DNA of 63,354 nt, filler included, from Trichosphaerium sp. ATCC 40318 (taxonomy: Eukaryota; Protista; Tubulinea): NCBI GenBank assembly GCA_038496445.1. It is 3 parts of 3 records of this genome, joined end to end, with 100 filler letters (N's around TTAATTAATTAA, not from the genome) between each part and the next. Parts side by side here need not be neighbours in the genome. Positions count along the whole stretch, not along the records: positions 49,521 to 63,354 come from JALMLS010000511.1; 2 more parts are not named here. One strand, 5' to 3'. The position numbers and the translations under genes were made by a program. Positions 49,521 through 62,343 of the stretch are shown here, one piece after another (positions within the stretch are counted from its first letter, which is position 1; the number at the start of each line of letters is the position of its first letter). Under the pieces are notes generated by a model. The model did no database searches, was not told the origin of the DNA, and saw only the letters and a program-made list of their open reading frames with translations.

Positions 49521-50045
49521 CTCTAATTGTGGAAGGAAGATTGCATTGTTAAATTTGAGAACTCTTGAAGAAGCTTGGACTCAGACATCACGTGTTGGAG
49601 ATGTTAACAGTGTAAATGCTGTTCACTTTGATTTTTTTAACCGAGTGGTTATTGTTCTTTTGCGCGAATCACTGATCTTGATTTGTGCTGTTACAGGTTG
49701 TACTTAACAGTATCTCAAGCATGTGCTAATTGTCATTGCTTTAGGAGGTAATCTATTTACGTTGCTAGCGCCCAAAAGAAATAGTAAGAAGCGAACAAAA
49801 GGCCCGGATATTCACAGAGCAAAACGCTTAATGAGATGAACAACGTTATCCTTCACAATCCCTAAGAGCTCTAAGAATCGATAGTCTGGCGCATCTCGTT
49901 GCTATTCCATAGAAGAAGAGCATTGTACGATATAAAGGCTGCGAAATGTATCATAAAACTTGTTTTCTTGTATTCTTTTTACCCTTTTTTTTGGAGGTTA
50001 AGCCCAAACTGACTTATCGCGGTTTTCTATTTTCAAATTGCAAAC

Positions 50046-52205
50046 ATGTACTCAAGTGTATTACTCGGAGTTTTATGCGCACTTTGCTGCGTTTTTGCGT
50101 CCAATGGCGCCCTTATTGAAAATTTGCCTGGTTTGGTACTCAACTAGCTTACTAGCTCAAACTGACGCTCGTGTAGCCTGATATTCCAGCTTTTAAACAG
50201 TATTCTGGTTATATTACAGCAAATGAACAAAGAGACCGCAGATTGTTTTATTGGTACGCTTGCGCACAATATTGAAAACGCCTAACGCTTTTTAAAGGTT
50301 TGCAGAATCTCAAAGCAACCCAGCCAAAGATCCACTTATATTATGGCTTACTGGTGGCCCTGGATGCTCAGGACTCGTTGCAACCCTCGGGGTACGTATT
50401 TTACGCTCAAAGAGGCCTTTTCTCCAACTTTCCATCAAAAACTACCCTTTCCGACTCAAAAACGCTCAATTATACCTAGGAGAACGGTCCGTACACAATG
50501 AACATTGGCGGAGATTCTCTATACGCTAACGAATACTCATGGAATCTAGAAGCAAACGTTATCTGGATTGAATCACCTGGTACGTTTTTAACAACATTCA
50601 AGCGAAGGTTCATGTATTTCAACGTCATGAATTCTTTTCTTGAAATTTACATTGAAAAGTCCATAGTTGGAACTAAGGCAACTTGCTTTTTATGGTTAAA
50701 GGTTCTAATTTTGGAAAAATAGCTGGTGTAGGTTTCTCTACTGTTAGAGATCCTATGGATTATGATGCAAATGATATTAAGACCGGTAACTAAGATTTAA
50801 TCTCTTTTTGTCGCTTCCAACGTTCTAAACAACTTACGTTATCTCTAGCGAATGATACTTACACTTTCTTGTTGAAATTCATTCATGAAGAATTTCCTGA
50901 GTTTGTTGGTCGTGAATTCTGGATTACTGGAGAATCCTATGGAGGTATGATAATTTTTTTTCAACTCATTACTTCGTTGTTTGCTAAAGAAGTTAGGACA
51001 CTACGTACCTGAATTAGCTCTTCGTATTCACGAAGGAAATCTCGAGAACAAAGCGCAAATCAATATTCAAGGATTTTTGGTTGGAAACGCGTGGACTCAT
51101 ATGCCAGTTGATAACACTGCTGCTATTGATTCATGGTACTCTTTTATTATTTATTGAGAATGCACAAATCTAATCTCGATACCCTAAAGGTGGCAACGTG
51201 CTTTGGTACCTGAGAGTACAATTGATGAAATCAAAAAACACTGCAACCTCTCCAACTACGGTAATTATTTCAGATTGTGCTGTTGCTACAAGTAAGCTTC
51301 TAAGCTAATCTACTAGGTCCACTTGTATCCAAGCGTAGCGTCGATAATTCAGCTTGCGATAATGCTGTAGCTAAAGCTAACAAACAAATGGGTGATGTAT
51401 CTGTACGCTATAAATCTTAACTGGAACTGTATGTGCTAATCATTGGTTTAGATTTACGATATTTACGCTGATGTTTGTGTTTTAAATGATGTTGTTGGTG
51501 CATTTGCAAGAGCCGGTTCTCCATTCCACAGCGCTTTGAATAAGGTTGCTAAAACCGAACATGGTCTTGATGCTTGCCTCACTGCTGATATCACAAAATA
51601 CTTAAACGTACGGATACTCACAACAATTTGTTTGTTGATTGCTTAATCCTAACATTCTTTGTTTAATAGACTCCTGCAGTTCAAGAAGCCATACATGCCG
51701 ATCCTACACACTGGGAAGCTTGCTCACAAACGGTATGTTGCTACTGACACATAGTTGGCTTATTTATTATCGATAGGTTCACTACAACTACGAAGATGTT
51801 AAGAAGAGTGTTATTCCTGTATACGAGAAACTCTTTACCACAAATCAACATATTCTTGTATACGCCGGAGATGTTGACGCTATTGTACCATGGCTTGGAA
51901 CACAAAGATGGATCAACAGCATCAATTTGTATGTGGAACCAGTTTTTGTTTTTTTTTGCTGATCTGTTTTTTAGGCACATTAAAGACGAATGGCGTCCAT
52001 GGCATGACAGTGGTAAACAAGTTGGCGGATACGTCACTGTATATGATACAATGACTTTCGCTACTGTCCGTAATGCTGGACATCAAGTACCTTACTTCCA
52101 ACCAGAGAGAGCATACAGTAAGCAACCTATTTATTTCCAATTTGTACTAAGTTATTTTTAGTTATGTTCTCTAACTGGATCAAAAACGCAAGATTTCCAA
52201 ATTAA
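50046..52205 (+). CDS. Serine carboxypeptidase (peptidase S10), multi-exon
   Basis: Signal peptide, [44 protein letters not shown]. Confidence 0.96.
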
Positions 52206-52505
52206 ATTCTTTTAAGTTCTAGCTTGTCTTGTGGAGGTTTAATCAAAAACAATAAACAATACCACACTATCGATGACACCGAGTATTTGTTTCATTGAAA
52301 ATTGAAGTAAGTACTGATACCTTGGTCACTGTTCCGTACTTTCACGTGGAACTACAATGCATGATTTCAAACCTTTTGAACCACTTGAGAGTCTTTCAGA
52401 TTGTGCCAATTGTTATGCTTTGAAATCAGTTCTGGTAACTCAATTGTTACAAACGTACTTAAACCATTTTTTTATTTCTATTCTGGAGTAAAGCCTAAGC
52501 CACAA

Positions 52506-55480
52506 ATGGCTTCTTACGGTGCTACAGTATGGGTAATATTAGCCGCGTACTTGATAGTACTCCTTGGATTAGGCGTAGTTGGCTTCTTTATGAAGCGAAA
52601 CAACTCTCTAGGTAAATGTCGCTATAAATTTATTCCAACTGTCTCTACGCTTACTAAGAGTACCCTTGAGGTGAACATTACATCGTTGGAGGACGAATGA
52701 GCTTTTTTGTATTTTTTTGCACGGCATTCGCCTCGTAAGCAATTTTTATCACGTGGTACAGCCGCTACATCTAACACGTGATTTTTTTGTTTCAAAAAGA
52801 TTTTACTCTGGTTTTACTATTGTCGGTGTACCTGGAGACGCTTATAGAAGAGGTTATCTAGCATTAGTTTGGATGGCTGGGTACTTTAAAAAAAACAACA
52901 AGAAAATTCCGATAGTCGATAATTATTACTTGATAACATATTTCTTTTTGCTTTAGATCAGTTCTATGGACAGCTGGTCCGCTTTTAGCTATTGCTCCTA
53001 GGCTGTATCGTATAGCAAAAGTATGTCGTGGCTTTGTTTTGGGCGTGAATTTGATTGTGGTGGTAGGCAAGGAAGTACATTTCACCGGCTGAGTTTATAC
53101 GTGATAGGTACTTGCAGTCAACAAGACTCTTCTCCTCATTACTGTAGATTCGGTTCACGGTTGCTGAGAACGCTTATAGCTCTGTGTTTACTTGTACCTA
53201 ATATATGCTACATCATTGGACAGTTTAAAGCGATAGGTCAATCCACGGAGGTTCGTAATGACTCTGTACTCTTCTATGAAGTATCCAAATCTCAACGGTT
53301 GAAAGGGACTAAGTAATAACACTGTGGATGGCATTTGGGGAGCTATCGGCTTTGGTGTAGTTATGCTGATATACGAGATGCTGGTGCTCTTGTTGTTTTA
53401 ATTCTTAATACTAAGTTTTGGTTAAGGGTGGAATGCGTTCTGTTGCATGGACTGATATTGTTCAAGTACTGTCACTTAAGTGACTTTTATAGCACTTTAT
53501 GATAACTTTGATAGAAGCTCATAAGTATCCTAGGGTAGCATGATAATGTTTGCGTTTATATCCGTTATTGTGATTGGGGTTGTTCAAGAAGGAGGTGAGA
53601 AAAAAGTTATTAAGCCATTATTTGGTTCATTTACATGTTCAAGGTTTAATTAAGCAAGCAAAGCTATTACCAGAGCATATTCTTGCTGTCCCTGGACCTA
53701 CAGCTAAACTTGCTTGGTACTCTTTCATTATCTTAAACGTTAGGTACCAGTAATACCTACATAGTTATTGTTTAATGTTTGCTTAGTTCAATGATCTACC
53801 CTCATATGCTTCAAAGAATATTTGCAGTACAAAGCGAGAAGAAACTTAAACTTGGAATTTGGATGCTTGTGTTTGTACAAGGATTTGCTTACTTACCCAG
53901 GCACGTGCTTTCTTTTAATTTGAACAAAATATTTCAACAATTAATTGTGGTAAAGAAACTTTACAGTTTATTTCGGTTTTCATGATTGTCGGATTGACTT
54001 CGACTTTATTCGGTTGTACGAAGGTTTTTGACTATTTGTTCAGTATAACTATTGGTATCCTGGGCCGTGTCAGTCATCCTGATTTGAGTGATGATGAATC
54101 TGACCAGATTCTTTCAATTGTCATTGGGTGAGCTTACATATCAATTCAGTAACACAAATCGTTATTTCTGTAACTTATCTCTTCACCTCTAGGGACTTTT
54201 TGCTTAAAGGAGGTTTCTCTAACTTTGTCGCATGTACTTGCTAATTATTGGAGTATATTTCTTATTATCTTTAGCGTTATTATTGGCAAGCTCAGTAGCA
54301 GCAATGTACGTAAAAAGATTTATCAATTTTATTTATGTTTTTGTGAATGGAACATTAACACTCGAGTAGAATGAGCACTACTGATTCTCTTTTAATGTCT
54401 GCAACTTCTATAATAATTATAGATATTATTAAACCATTATGGCCGTCGTCTAAGGAATCTCATCTTCTCATTGCTTCAAAATTTGTGACTGTTTTATTGG
54501 TTGTTGTCGGAATTATCATTGGAGTTTTCATTGAATTTAACTTATATGTCATGTTGCTCTTTGTTGGTAACATACTCATCCAAGCAACTCCAAGCTTTAT
54601 ACTTGTACGTAAAAACGAGTAACCTATACTGAAAAACAACTGAAGAAGCATCAGATCAGCCTGATTTCGTGTTAAACAATTATAGTCAACTTCAGTTTTT
54701 TTTCCTTCAGTGCTTATTTATTCTTTTATGTAGGGGTTGTACTTGGGTTGGATACGTTGGATAAGTTTATTCTGCGGTTGTATAGTAGGTATTGTAATCA
54801 CTGTTATTATGATAATCGCTACTGGTGGTGATAATTTACGTAAGTAATAGAAGTTTACAATAACTTAGTTTGATTTCTTGATTGTAGTTGGTATTGATCC
54901 CGGTGTATATGGATTTACTGCGAATATAATTGTGCTGCTAGCAGTTCAAATTATAAACGATAGATTGCTTAAAAGCCCTAAAGGTCCTCTTACGTTAAGT
55001 ATTGATGTTGACACTATGTTTGGTATGTAGAAAAAAAAAGCCAAACAAAGTAATACCTTTGTTTACTGGATGTCTTGTTTTGTTTGGCTAATTATTTGGG
55101 TTTTAGAGGATGATAAGGATCCTGCACAGTATAACATGTATTGGTTACTATGGTTCCTCCTGTTTATACTATCATTGTCGTTTTTCAGAACACCTGGTGA
55201 ACTTGACAGTATAATTCTTGGATTCCCTGCATGGAGTTTTACTAGTTTGATGATACTTTTTGTTACTGTGGCTGTAGGCGTATCATTCGCCATTTGGTCA
55301 TGGGTGCCATATAACAATAGTGAATATGTAGCTGGTGAAGAAGTTGACCAAGAACGGCACTTGCTTCATGCCACCGAAACAGTGTACGTTAAAGTTTTTA
55401 CTTATTCTCGTTCCTTCGCACGTGTTTGTTTTAATTATTTCTTATTTCTATTAGTACAACATGAGAATAAATTAACTTAG
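52506..55480 (+). CDS. Sodium:solute symporter (SSS/SLC5; PanF/PutP-like) with a C-terminal YhdT-like extension
   Basis: EHYIVGGRM..YSGFTIVGVPGDAYRRG; GGMRSVAWTDIVQG; PHMLQRIFA; AAIMSTTDSLL. 3' end approximate. Confidence 0.92.
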
Positions 55481-55762
55481 TAGTAATTACAAGCGAGTAA
55501 AGTGTCATTAATGGTTTCATAAAGTTACTTAGTAGATTACTGCCAACATCTTTGGAAAAAAAATACATTTGTGTTGGCAACAGATTTTGATTTTATTTAG
55601 TCTATATTTACACCAATGAACTCCAATTACCTTGTACAAGAACCCAAATTGTTTCAGGTGTAAAATGTAGGGATTGAACTTGCTTGGCTGAATACGACAG
55701 GGCAGTAGTGCCTATGTCGAGACGTTACATTATGTTACTACCAACTGTTACAACAGTAGTTG

Positions 55763-57444
55763 TTACTCCCAATCTTTTAAACCAAATAGTTTAAGTCCAA
55801 AATCATCAAGACCAAGTCTATCAACATATGGTCTATATTCAGGAATCTCATCAAGTGTTCTTTTTGCTGTGCGCCTTTCACGAATATAGCATTCATCTTT
55901 TGCAGGAATCATCTTTACAAATTGAATCAATCTCATTTTATTCGAAGTGTTTCCATAGTTAGCGTGTGCTTGTCCTGAATTCCAAATAACCATCTCTCCT
56001 GCACGTAAAGGCACCTATACAAAACGGTAAACACAAAACGGTAAACACAAAGCCAACAAAGAGGAAGCACTGTTAAAAGTACAACAAAATTTCAGAAGGA
56101 CAATATCTTACTCTTTGCGTGTACTGTTGTATTGGGTCTGATGGCGGTACACGTGTTAATATATTCTTATTGTGTGGTTTAATATGTGTATTTCGCCTGA
56201 AAAATCTTGGTTAAGCAAAAACACGTGGTAAAAAAAACTTACCACTTGTTCAAAAACCTTGTTGATCCGGGAACAGTTAGAAATCCACCAACTTCTTCAG
56301 GGCAATCGTCTATCATTTGCAAGTTAATACTTGAATATTCAATTATTAGTTTTCAATGTATGTGCGTACCTAAAGCGATAAGAGCTTGGTATCTTGCGGT
56401 CAAGCCATCTGTAACTTCTTCCATGTACCTTAAAAAAACCGTTATAAATTGGTTCAGAGAATTACTTGGCTATTTCTTACTGCCATGGATTCAAGTCCCA
56501 ATGAAGTTGAAGATTAAATTTCCAGGCGGGTCTCTCTTTTTTAGTTTCTGATCCAACAAAATCAAGGTTCTTTGTTCCTCTCATAACACCCCAATAGTCT
56601 ATAGTTGTCCATAACTTTTTTGTTCCATGAATCTCACAAAAAGTCCGATAAATTGTTTTATTTATTCTATTCTCAAATGCTACCTTATGTAATGCAGGTC
56701 GTCTGAATAAATACTTACTACCCGAAGGCCAGTTCTTTGTTTCCCATGTACAAGGTTTTGAGCGATCAAGCTTGACTTCCTGATGAGAACAAGCATCTTC
56801 ATTGGCTTCTTCAAAAAGTGCTTTTTGAGATTTAACACACTCTTCTTTGTTTAATACTCTTATAACAACAAACCCATACTGCGCTAGAACAGGCAAGTAC
56901 TTTTCTGGTTCTGTTGGTTCAAAAGAAAGCATGTAATCGCCTTTGCGAGGGTACTTTGAAAACATCTTCGAGTGATCAGTGTTTTGCCATATTTCTTGGT
57001 ATGTTCGTTCTTGATTCTGTTTTTTCGATTGCTGGACATTAAGATTTCCGAAAATAGCCTCACGTGAGTATACAAACTGTTTTTCATGCTTTTTACGTAT
57101 AACACGAGCGTCGTTGCTATGTTTGCGTTGTTGTTTTGACGTTTGAGCTTTTTTCCGTTGTTCTAAGTTGAATTTACATAAAAGTATGTCACATTCAAGG
57201 TCGTCTTCGTGCTTGAGCGAAATAAGTAGTTTATAGCGATATAAAGCCAAAAAATGTTATACTTACCTCCCAAGTAGCGTGTTCAACGTCCCAACCTTCC
57301 CACTTTACTAAATACTCTATAGCGCCCTTAAAGGCGTATAAATAGTCAACAAAAAACTATTCTCACTCGTACGGATTTCAACGTTCTTTTATTTAGTACG
57401 CGTTCTGGTATCCAATCGTCAATATCATTTACTGTATTGTCCAT
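55763..57444 (-). CDS. Chromodomain + PhyH-family 2-oxoglutarate/Fe(II) dioxygenase fusion (7 exons)
   Basis: Spliced N-terminus DDWIPERVLNKRTLKSGAIEYLVKWEGWDVEHATWEHEDDLECDILL; then YGFVVI..LHWD..QALIALDD..GGFLTVPGS..AGEMVIWNS..HAN..N.S..R. Confidence 0.9.
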
Positions 57445-58139
57445 ACAATTATTGTTTGTTTGGAGGGAAAATAAAGTTAATAATTCAATGAAACAAACTT
57501 TTTTTTTTCTTTACAGTTTCCTTTTTAAGAGCGTTTTAAAAAACATCTTTCGACTCAGATTAGTCTACACAATTTCCATCCTCTGAAACTAGGTATGTTC
57601 TTCTAACTGAGTATGAGTCTACTAGTACAGTAGCAACATAGAACAAGGATGTAAAGTACTTCACGTGGCGCAAAGAAAATGGCCGTGCTTGCTACATTTT
57701 GATTGGCACAAGAATCCGACTAGCTTCACTGTCACGATTAGTAGTATCTTTTACATAACACTTGCACATGTTGTCAGCACTCCCCAGCAGAAACAAATAG
57801 AAGAAACCGCCTCTTGCTAGTCTGATTTAATTTTCGAAGTAGTTTTTTCGAACTTTTTCGTTTCGAACTTTCCCAGTTGTATTTTTAGGCGTCACTGATA
57901 GTATCCAACTACAATTCTTTCGCACAGAAAACAAAGGTCTGTTGTAAGTCCTGTAGAAGATGCTGACCACCAGACCCCAATCAAATTCATACCAGAGATC
58001 CTTAAATGAAAAGAAATCAAATGAAGCACAAGATAATAAGCACTTACAACTACAAGAAGATACACCGTAAAATTTAGATGCTCCAAATTGAGAAGAATTT
58101 CGTCAATTTTCGAGAAACAGTTGGAATACTATTAAGAAA

Positions 58140-59348
58140 ATGTCGTACTCGCAACACCAACTCTTCTTGGTGGCATTTGTAAGCCTATTATGCCTTTCAA
58201 AGGTATACGCAGATTGTAGCTCGATAGTAGCCCAAGACGGCTCACAATATGATCTATCTGCGCTTATTGGTAAGCTAGTAACCGGATACGGTACTGTAAA
58301 GTGTGACGGTTGCGGTGGAGGAGTAAGTGAACAAAAAAGCGAACATTCCACTTACTACTATTGTAGAAAGATAAATACCAATACCGCGTATCTATATGCA
58401 AAGAATCGAACGTTCTTTGCCAAAATGTGCGTCTTTTGGACACATCTTGCTTTCAATCTGTTTGCTGACCACACCATAGCAATACTTCGCTGGCTGTCAA
58501 GCGTGGGGGCAATATAATGCTCAAGGAGCAATGGTACAGTGACATTTCCAAGGAGGTGTTCCGAAATTTCTCGATATGGAATCGAACTCTGTTGGATTGT
58601 TCTTTCTTCTTCGCTTACTTCATCTAATTGTTTGTTCAGTACTCGATTGGTACAATAGATACAGAACAAGCAATTGGTCTTGATAACAATGGAGGTGTTA
58701 AACTGAGCTACTCTGGTGGTTATCTACACCGAACTTTTGAACGTAAGCGCATAGAAGATAGTCAATTTTGTATCTAACATGATTTGTGTGCTAGTGACAA
58801 TATCTTGCGGAACAGATGGTATTCAGTTTTGGCTTGACACATTTTTTGGCTTCATGCTGATAGTTTTCTTTTAGCATGGACCAATTTCCAAGTCTTTGAT
58901 AATGAAGGGCTTCACTATAGAATGACAGCCTCATCTATCCACGCTTGTAAGACCAATAGCGGCGGCAGCCCCACAAGTGGAGGTGGTGGCGGTGGCGGCA
59001 AAGGAGATGATAACAAAAAAAAAAAAGGATTAAGTATTGGTTCCATTATGCTTATTGTACTCTTGCTTGGTGTCATTGCATACGTAGCTGGTACAGTTAC
59101 TTTCAATATTGTTAGGAAAAATGGAGAGAAAATTCCTCACAAAGTGCGTATCTTGCTCAGTTGTCCAAAAATAAACAAGTGGTATTTACTTTTACCAAAT
59201 AGGACTTCTGGTTCAGCATTCCTGGGCTTTGCAAAGATGGTGCAATGTTTCTAGTCGGACTAGGTATGTTTTTCCGCATTAGCAAGTACGAGAATTCGTT
59301 CTCACTATTTGTTTAGTCACAAAGAGAGATGAATACTCTGAAGTATAA
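58140..59348 (+). CDS. Mannose-6-phosphate receptor/ATG27-like type I membrane protein
   Basis: Signal peptide, YDLSAL, SIHAC, GLSIGSIMLIV TM segment, IPHKDFW..PGLCKDG, terminal YSEV sorting motif. Confidence 0.8.
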
Positions 59349-59690
59349 TGTTACTTTCTTATAAATTTATCCATTATTTCACTCACCGTAATAAAACTGT
59401 TCTTTAAACTTGCAGCATAAGTAATACATAGCAAAAGGAATCTCGTATATGAACGCCACAGGACTCCATTTATTCAGCATTGCTTAATAGTTGGTAGTTC
59501 GTTGTTTACCAACACTTGAAAAATGAGATTAAAGGTAAGCAAATCCGCGTAAAGTACAACATTTCGAATAAACAAAAACAAGCTTAGATTGGACAACGTT
59601 GTCAATATAAGGGAGACGCGCTTGGGAGGAAAGACGCTCAGTCTTTGGTGGCTCTAGCGTAGCCACACGAGCGGATTTATTCTACCCACG

Positions 59691-60671
59691 TCAATCCTCT
59701 AGCCATGGTTGAGGTTGACCATCCTCCCCAGCGCGATCTGTATGATCAAGGCCATGTTTAAGCCATTGAAACATTAATTTTGGTGCTATTAATCTGTCTT
59801 CTTTGTTTTTTACAATGTATATTTGATATGCATCTGAGCTCCAATCGCCAATATATTTTATCCATTCATTAGGAACTCCTGCTGCAGCTGCATGTGTTGC
59901 TCCGCCACGCCTGTATGAGTGTCCAGCATATTCTTTAGTATTATTTACCATCTTTGAAACCATTAGTTTGGTCCATTTTACAAATTTAGAGTATGTTATT
60001 TGTGACCACCTTCCGTTGTTCTTGTGTCTAAACAGGGATTTTCCTTGTATGGGTTTGACCTGTTTAATTAGTCTGTTTATCGCTGTTGTAGGGCATAAAG
60101 GGTGACCTTCCATATCCAGAAACGGTATTACGTGTTTTCTCTCACGGAATCGAATTGTTTTTGTTTGTCTAAGTGTAAACCACCAAGTATCACCGTCAAA
60201 CTCTATGTTGGACCTTGATACGTGTCTATCGACACTAAATTCTGCTACTTTACGAGGAACCAAGTTACCTATCCTTAGCATTCCCCAAAATGCCATTAAT
60301 GCTGCTGTCCAATAAACCAGATCCTTGTTTTGTCGCAAATCCACTTTTTTTCTTATGTTCAATAACATCACTGCTGTCATAGGTCGTTTTCTGTCTACTC
60401 TATCTCCTACCTTCCTTCTAAGGCCTCTTAACATATCATGATATAATACACAATTTTCTCTTGGGTCAGCATAACCTAATCTTTTCGAAAGCCATGCCCA
60501 ATGTGAGAAGTATACGCGGATAGTGTCAGGCTTTAACCCCTCTTCCTCTGCTGATTCTTTTGCCCACAATGCTACTACCAGTTGCATGTGTTGAGAGCTC
60601 AAAGGCATCCATTGACTTTGTGGAATATTGAGCTTGAGCAGTGCAATAACTACTGCTTTTATCGCTGACAT
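59691..60671 (-). CDS. Tyrosine recombinase
   Basis: FWGMLRIGNL, KT, LCP, HSYRRGGAT, GDWSSDAYQIY. Confidence 0.95.
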   Translation of the reverse strand: MSAIKAVVIALLKLNIPQSQWMPLSSQHMQLVVALWAKESAEEEGLKPDTIRVYFSHWAWLSKRLGYADPRENCVLYHDMLRGLRRKVGDRVDRKRPMTAVMLLNIRKKVDLRQNKDLVYWTAALMAFWGMLRIGNLVPRKVAEFSVDRHVSRSNIEFDGDTWWFTLRQTKTIRFRERKHVIPFLDMEGHPLCPTTAINRLIKQVKPIQGKSLFRHKNNGRWSQITYSKFVKWTKLMVSKMVNNTKEYAGHSYRRGGATHAAAAGVPNEWIKYIGDWSSDAYQIYIVKNKEDRLIAPKLMFQWLKHGLDHTDRAGEDGQPQPWLED

Positions 60672-60758
60672 TCTATTATTGCTTGTACTTCTGGGATAGG
60701 CCTCTCGCAGGATTCTAATACGTTTGTTTTGTACTTCTGTTAAGAATTCTAAATAAAT

Positions 60759-62340
60759 TTATTTAATAAAACGTCCTGTTACATTAAAAAAGCCTAATTG
60801 ATTTGCTTTGGTATAAAATTGTTGTGTTTGCAGTCTACTTAAAGCGTCAGCAAGGGTATTTTCTTTTGAGGGAATCCAAGTTGCAGTAAGCCGGAATCCG
60901 AATGCTGCCGACCATTTATGCAGATCGTATATCATCTTCATAGCTCTGGAATTGCGCATTACCAGTCTGTTGACTGATGCAACTACTCCTGTATTATCCA
61001 CTAATAAATTGTTGATAAGTTTATTGGCAAATAAGTGTTTCCATTCTTTTATTGCCATCCACACCGCATACATCTCCTTAACATTGATATGCCATTTTTT
61101 TTCTTCTTTTGTAAAGACATGGATAAGCCATGAACCATTTAAAAACGCGCCTGCTGCTATGTTTGAAGCGTCTGTTTGAAACAAACCTTTTGATAATGGT
61201 AACGGACATAGTAAAATTGCCTTACCATTCCATAGGTCCATCATATCATGCCACCACTTTAAGTCTTTTTGCATTGCTGTTGTCTTGTGTACCCACTGTT
61301 CATTATTGCTATAGTGCCTTAAGCCGTCATATATCCTTCTTAGGTATGTATGTCCCCCATATACAACCTGAGCCGCAAAGTTTAATGTACCAGTAAGTTG
61401 TTGCCACTTCCTTAACTTCGCTGACTTCTGCTGAAGAAACCAAACCACCAATTTTTTAATTTTTGTCCTTTTACGCTCTGTTAAAGTAATCGTACGCTTG
61501 GCTGTGTTGATCTCATAGCCCAGAAAGGTGAGGCACTGTGTTGGACCTTGACACTTATCTTTAGACATTTCAAAACCTAAATTTTCTAGTATTTTCATTA
61601 GCGTTTTCATTGCAACTTTAACTTCTTCTTTAGATCTTCCAATAATCAACCAATCGTCGAAGTAAACAACATGAAAGCTAAAGCCTATTGACCGCAAGTA
61701 CCTAGAGATCATGGCCATCAATCTATAAATACTTCTGGCGCTCTATTCCATCCAAAGGGAAGCCTACCATCCTTATATAATATTCCTTTCCATTCAAACG
61801 CTATCAAATCATGATGTTTAGGGTTTACTGGTACCATTCGATATGCTGAAAACATATCCTCTTTACCTAACCATAAGACACTATTACTGTTGTTTCTAAT
61901 AAAGGTTAAAGCTTCTTTTAGAGCTGTTAATGTAAAACTTTGTGGTGTTTCAGATAGATCATTAACTGAAGTCCCAATAGGAAGATTTAAACAAACCACT
62001 TTACGTATCTTATTTCGGAATTGTCCTTTGTCATATATTTTGGGATTGCTGCTATTTTGTTACATTTTCGTACCTTGTTAGCCTTGTAAATCCAGCCTCT
62101 AGACAACTCTAAGTTTATATCTTTGCTTACTAGAGTGCTCCATTGATTGCAAGTTTTAGAATTTTCTACTCTTGTTTCTTTAATCACTGTACCTACTGGA
62201 ACTAAAGAGATACCTATTGTAATCCACACCCGACAACCACACCCAATCCTTATCTTTACTCATTAATGAGGACCATAATTTAACTTTTTTAGACATTAAC
62301 GCTGCTGAGAAAGAGAACGAAAGTTTATTGAGTACAGGCA
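60759..62340 (-). CDS. RT/RNase H polyprotein, broken by frameshifts at ~62035 and ~61722
   Basis: AAIPK, DMFSAYR, LPFGWNRAP, YFDDWL, FLG, TDAS, HINVKE, VDN, NTLADALSR. Start approximate. Confidence 0.9.
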
Positions 62341-62343
62341 ACG

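Noticed and set aside
57830-58120. Heat-shock-element-like TTCGAA/TTCnnGAA cluster
   Set aside because: No three-unit nGAAn array; not supportable.
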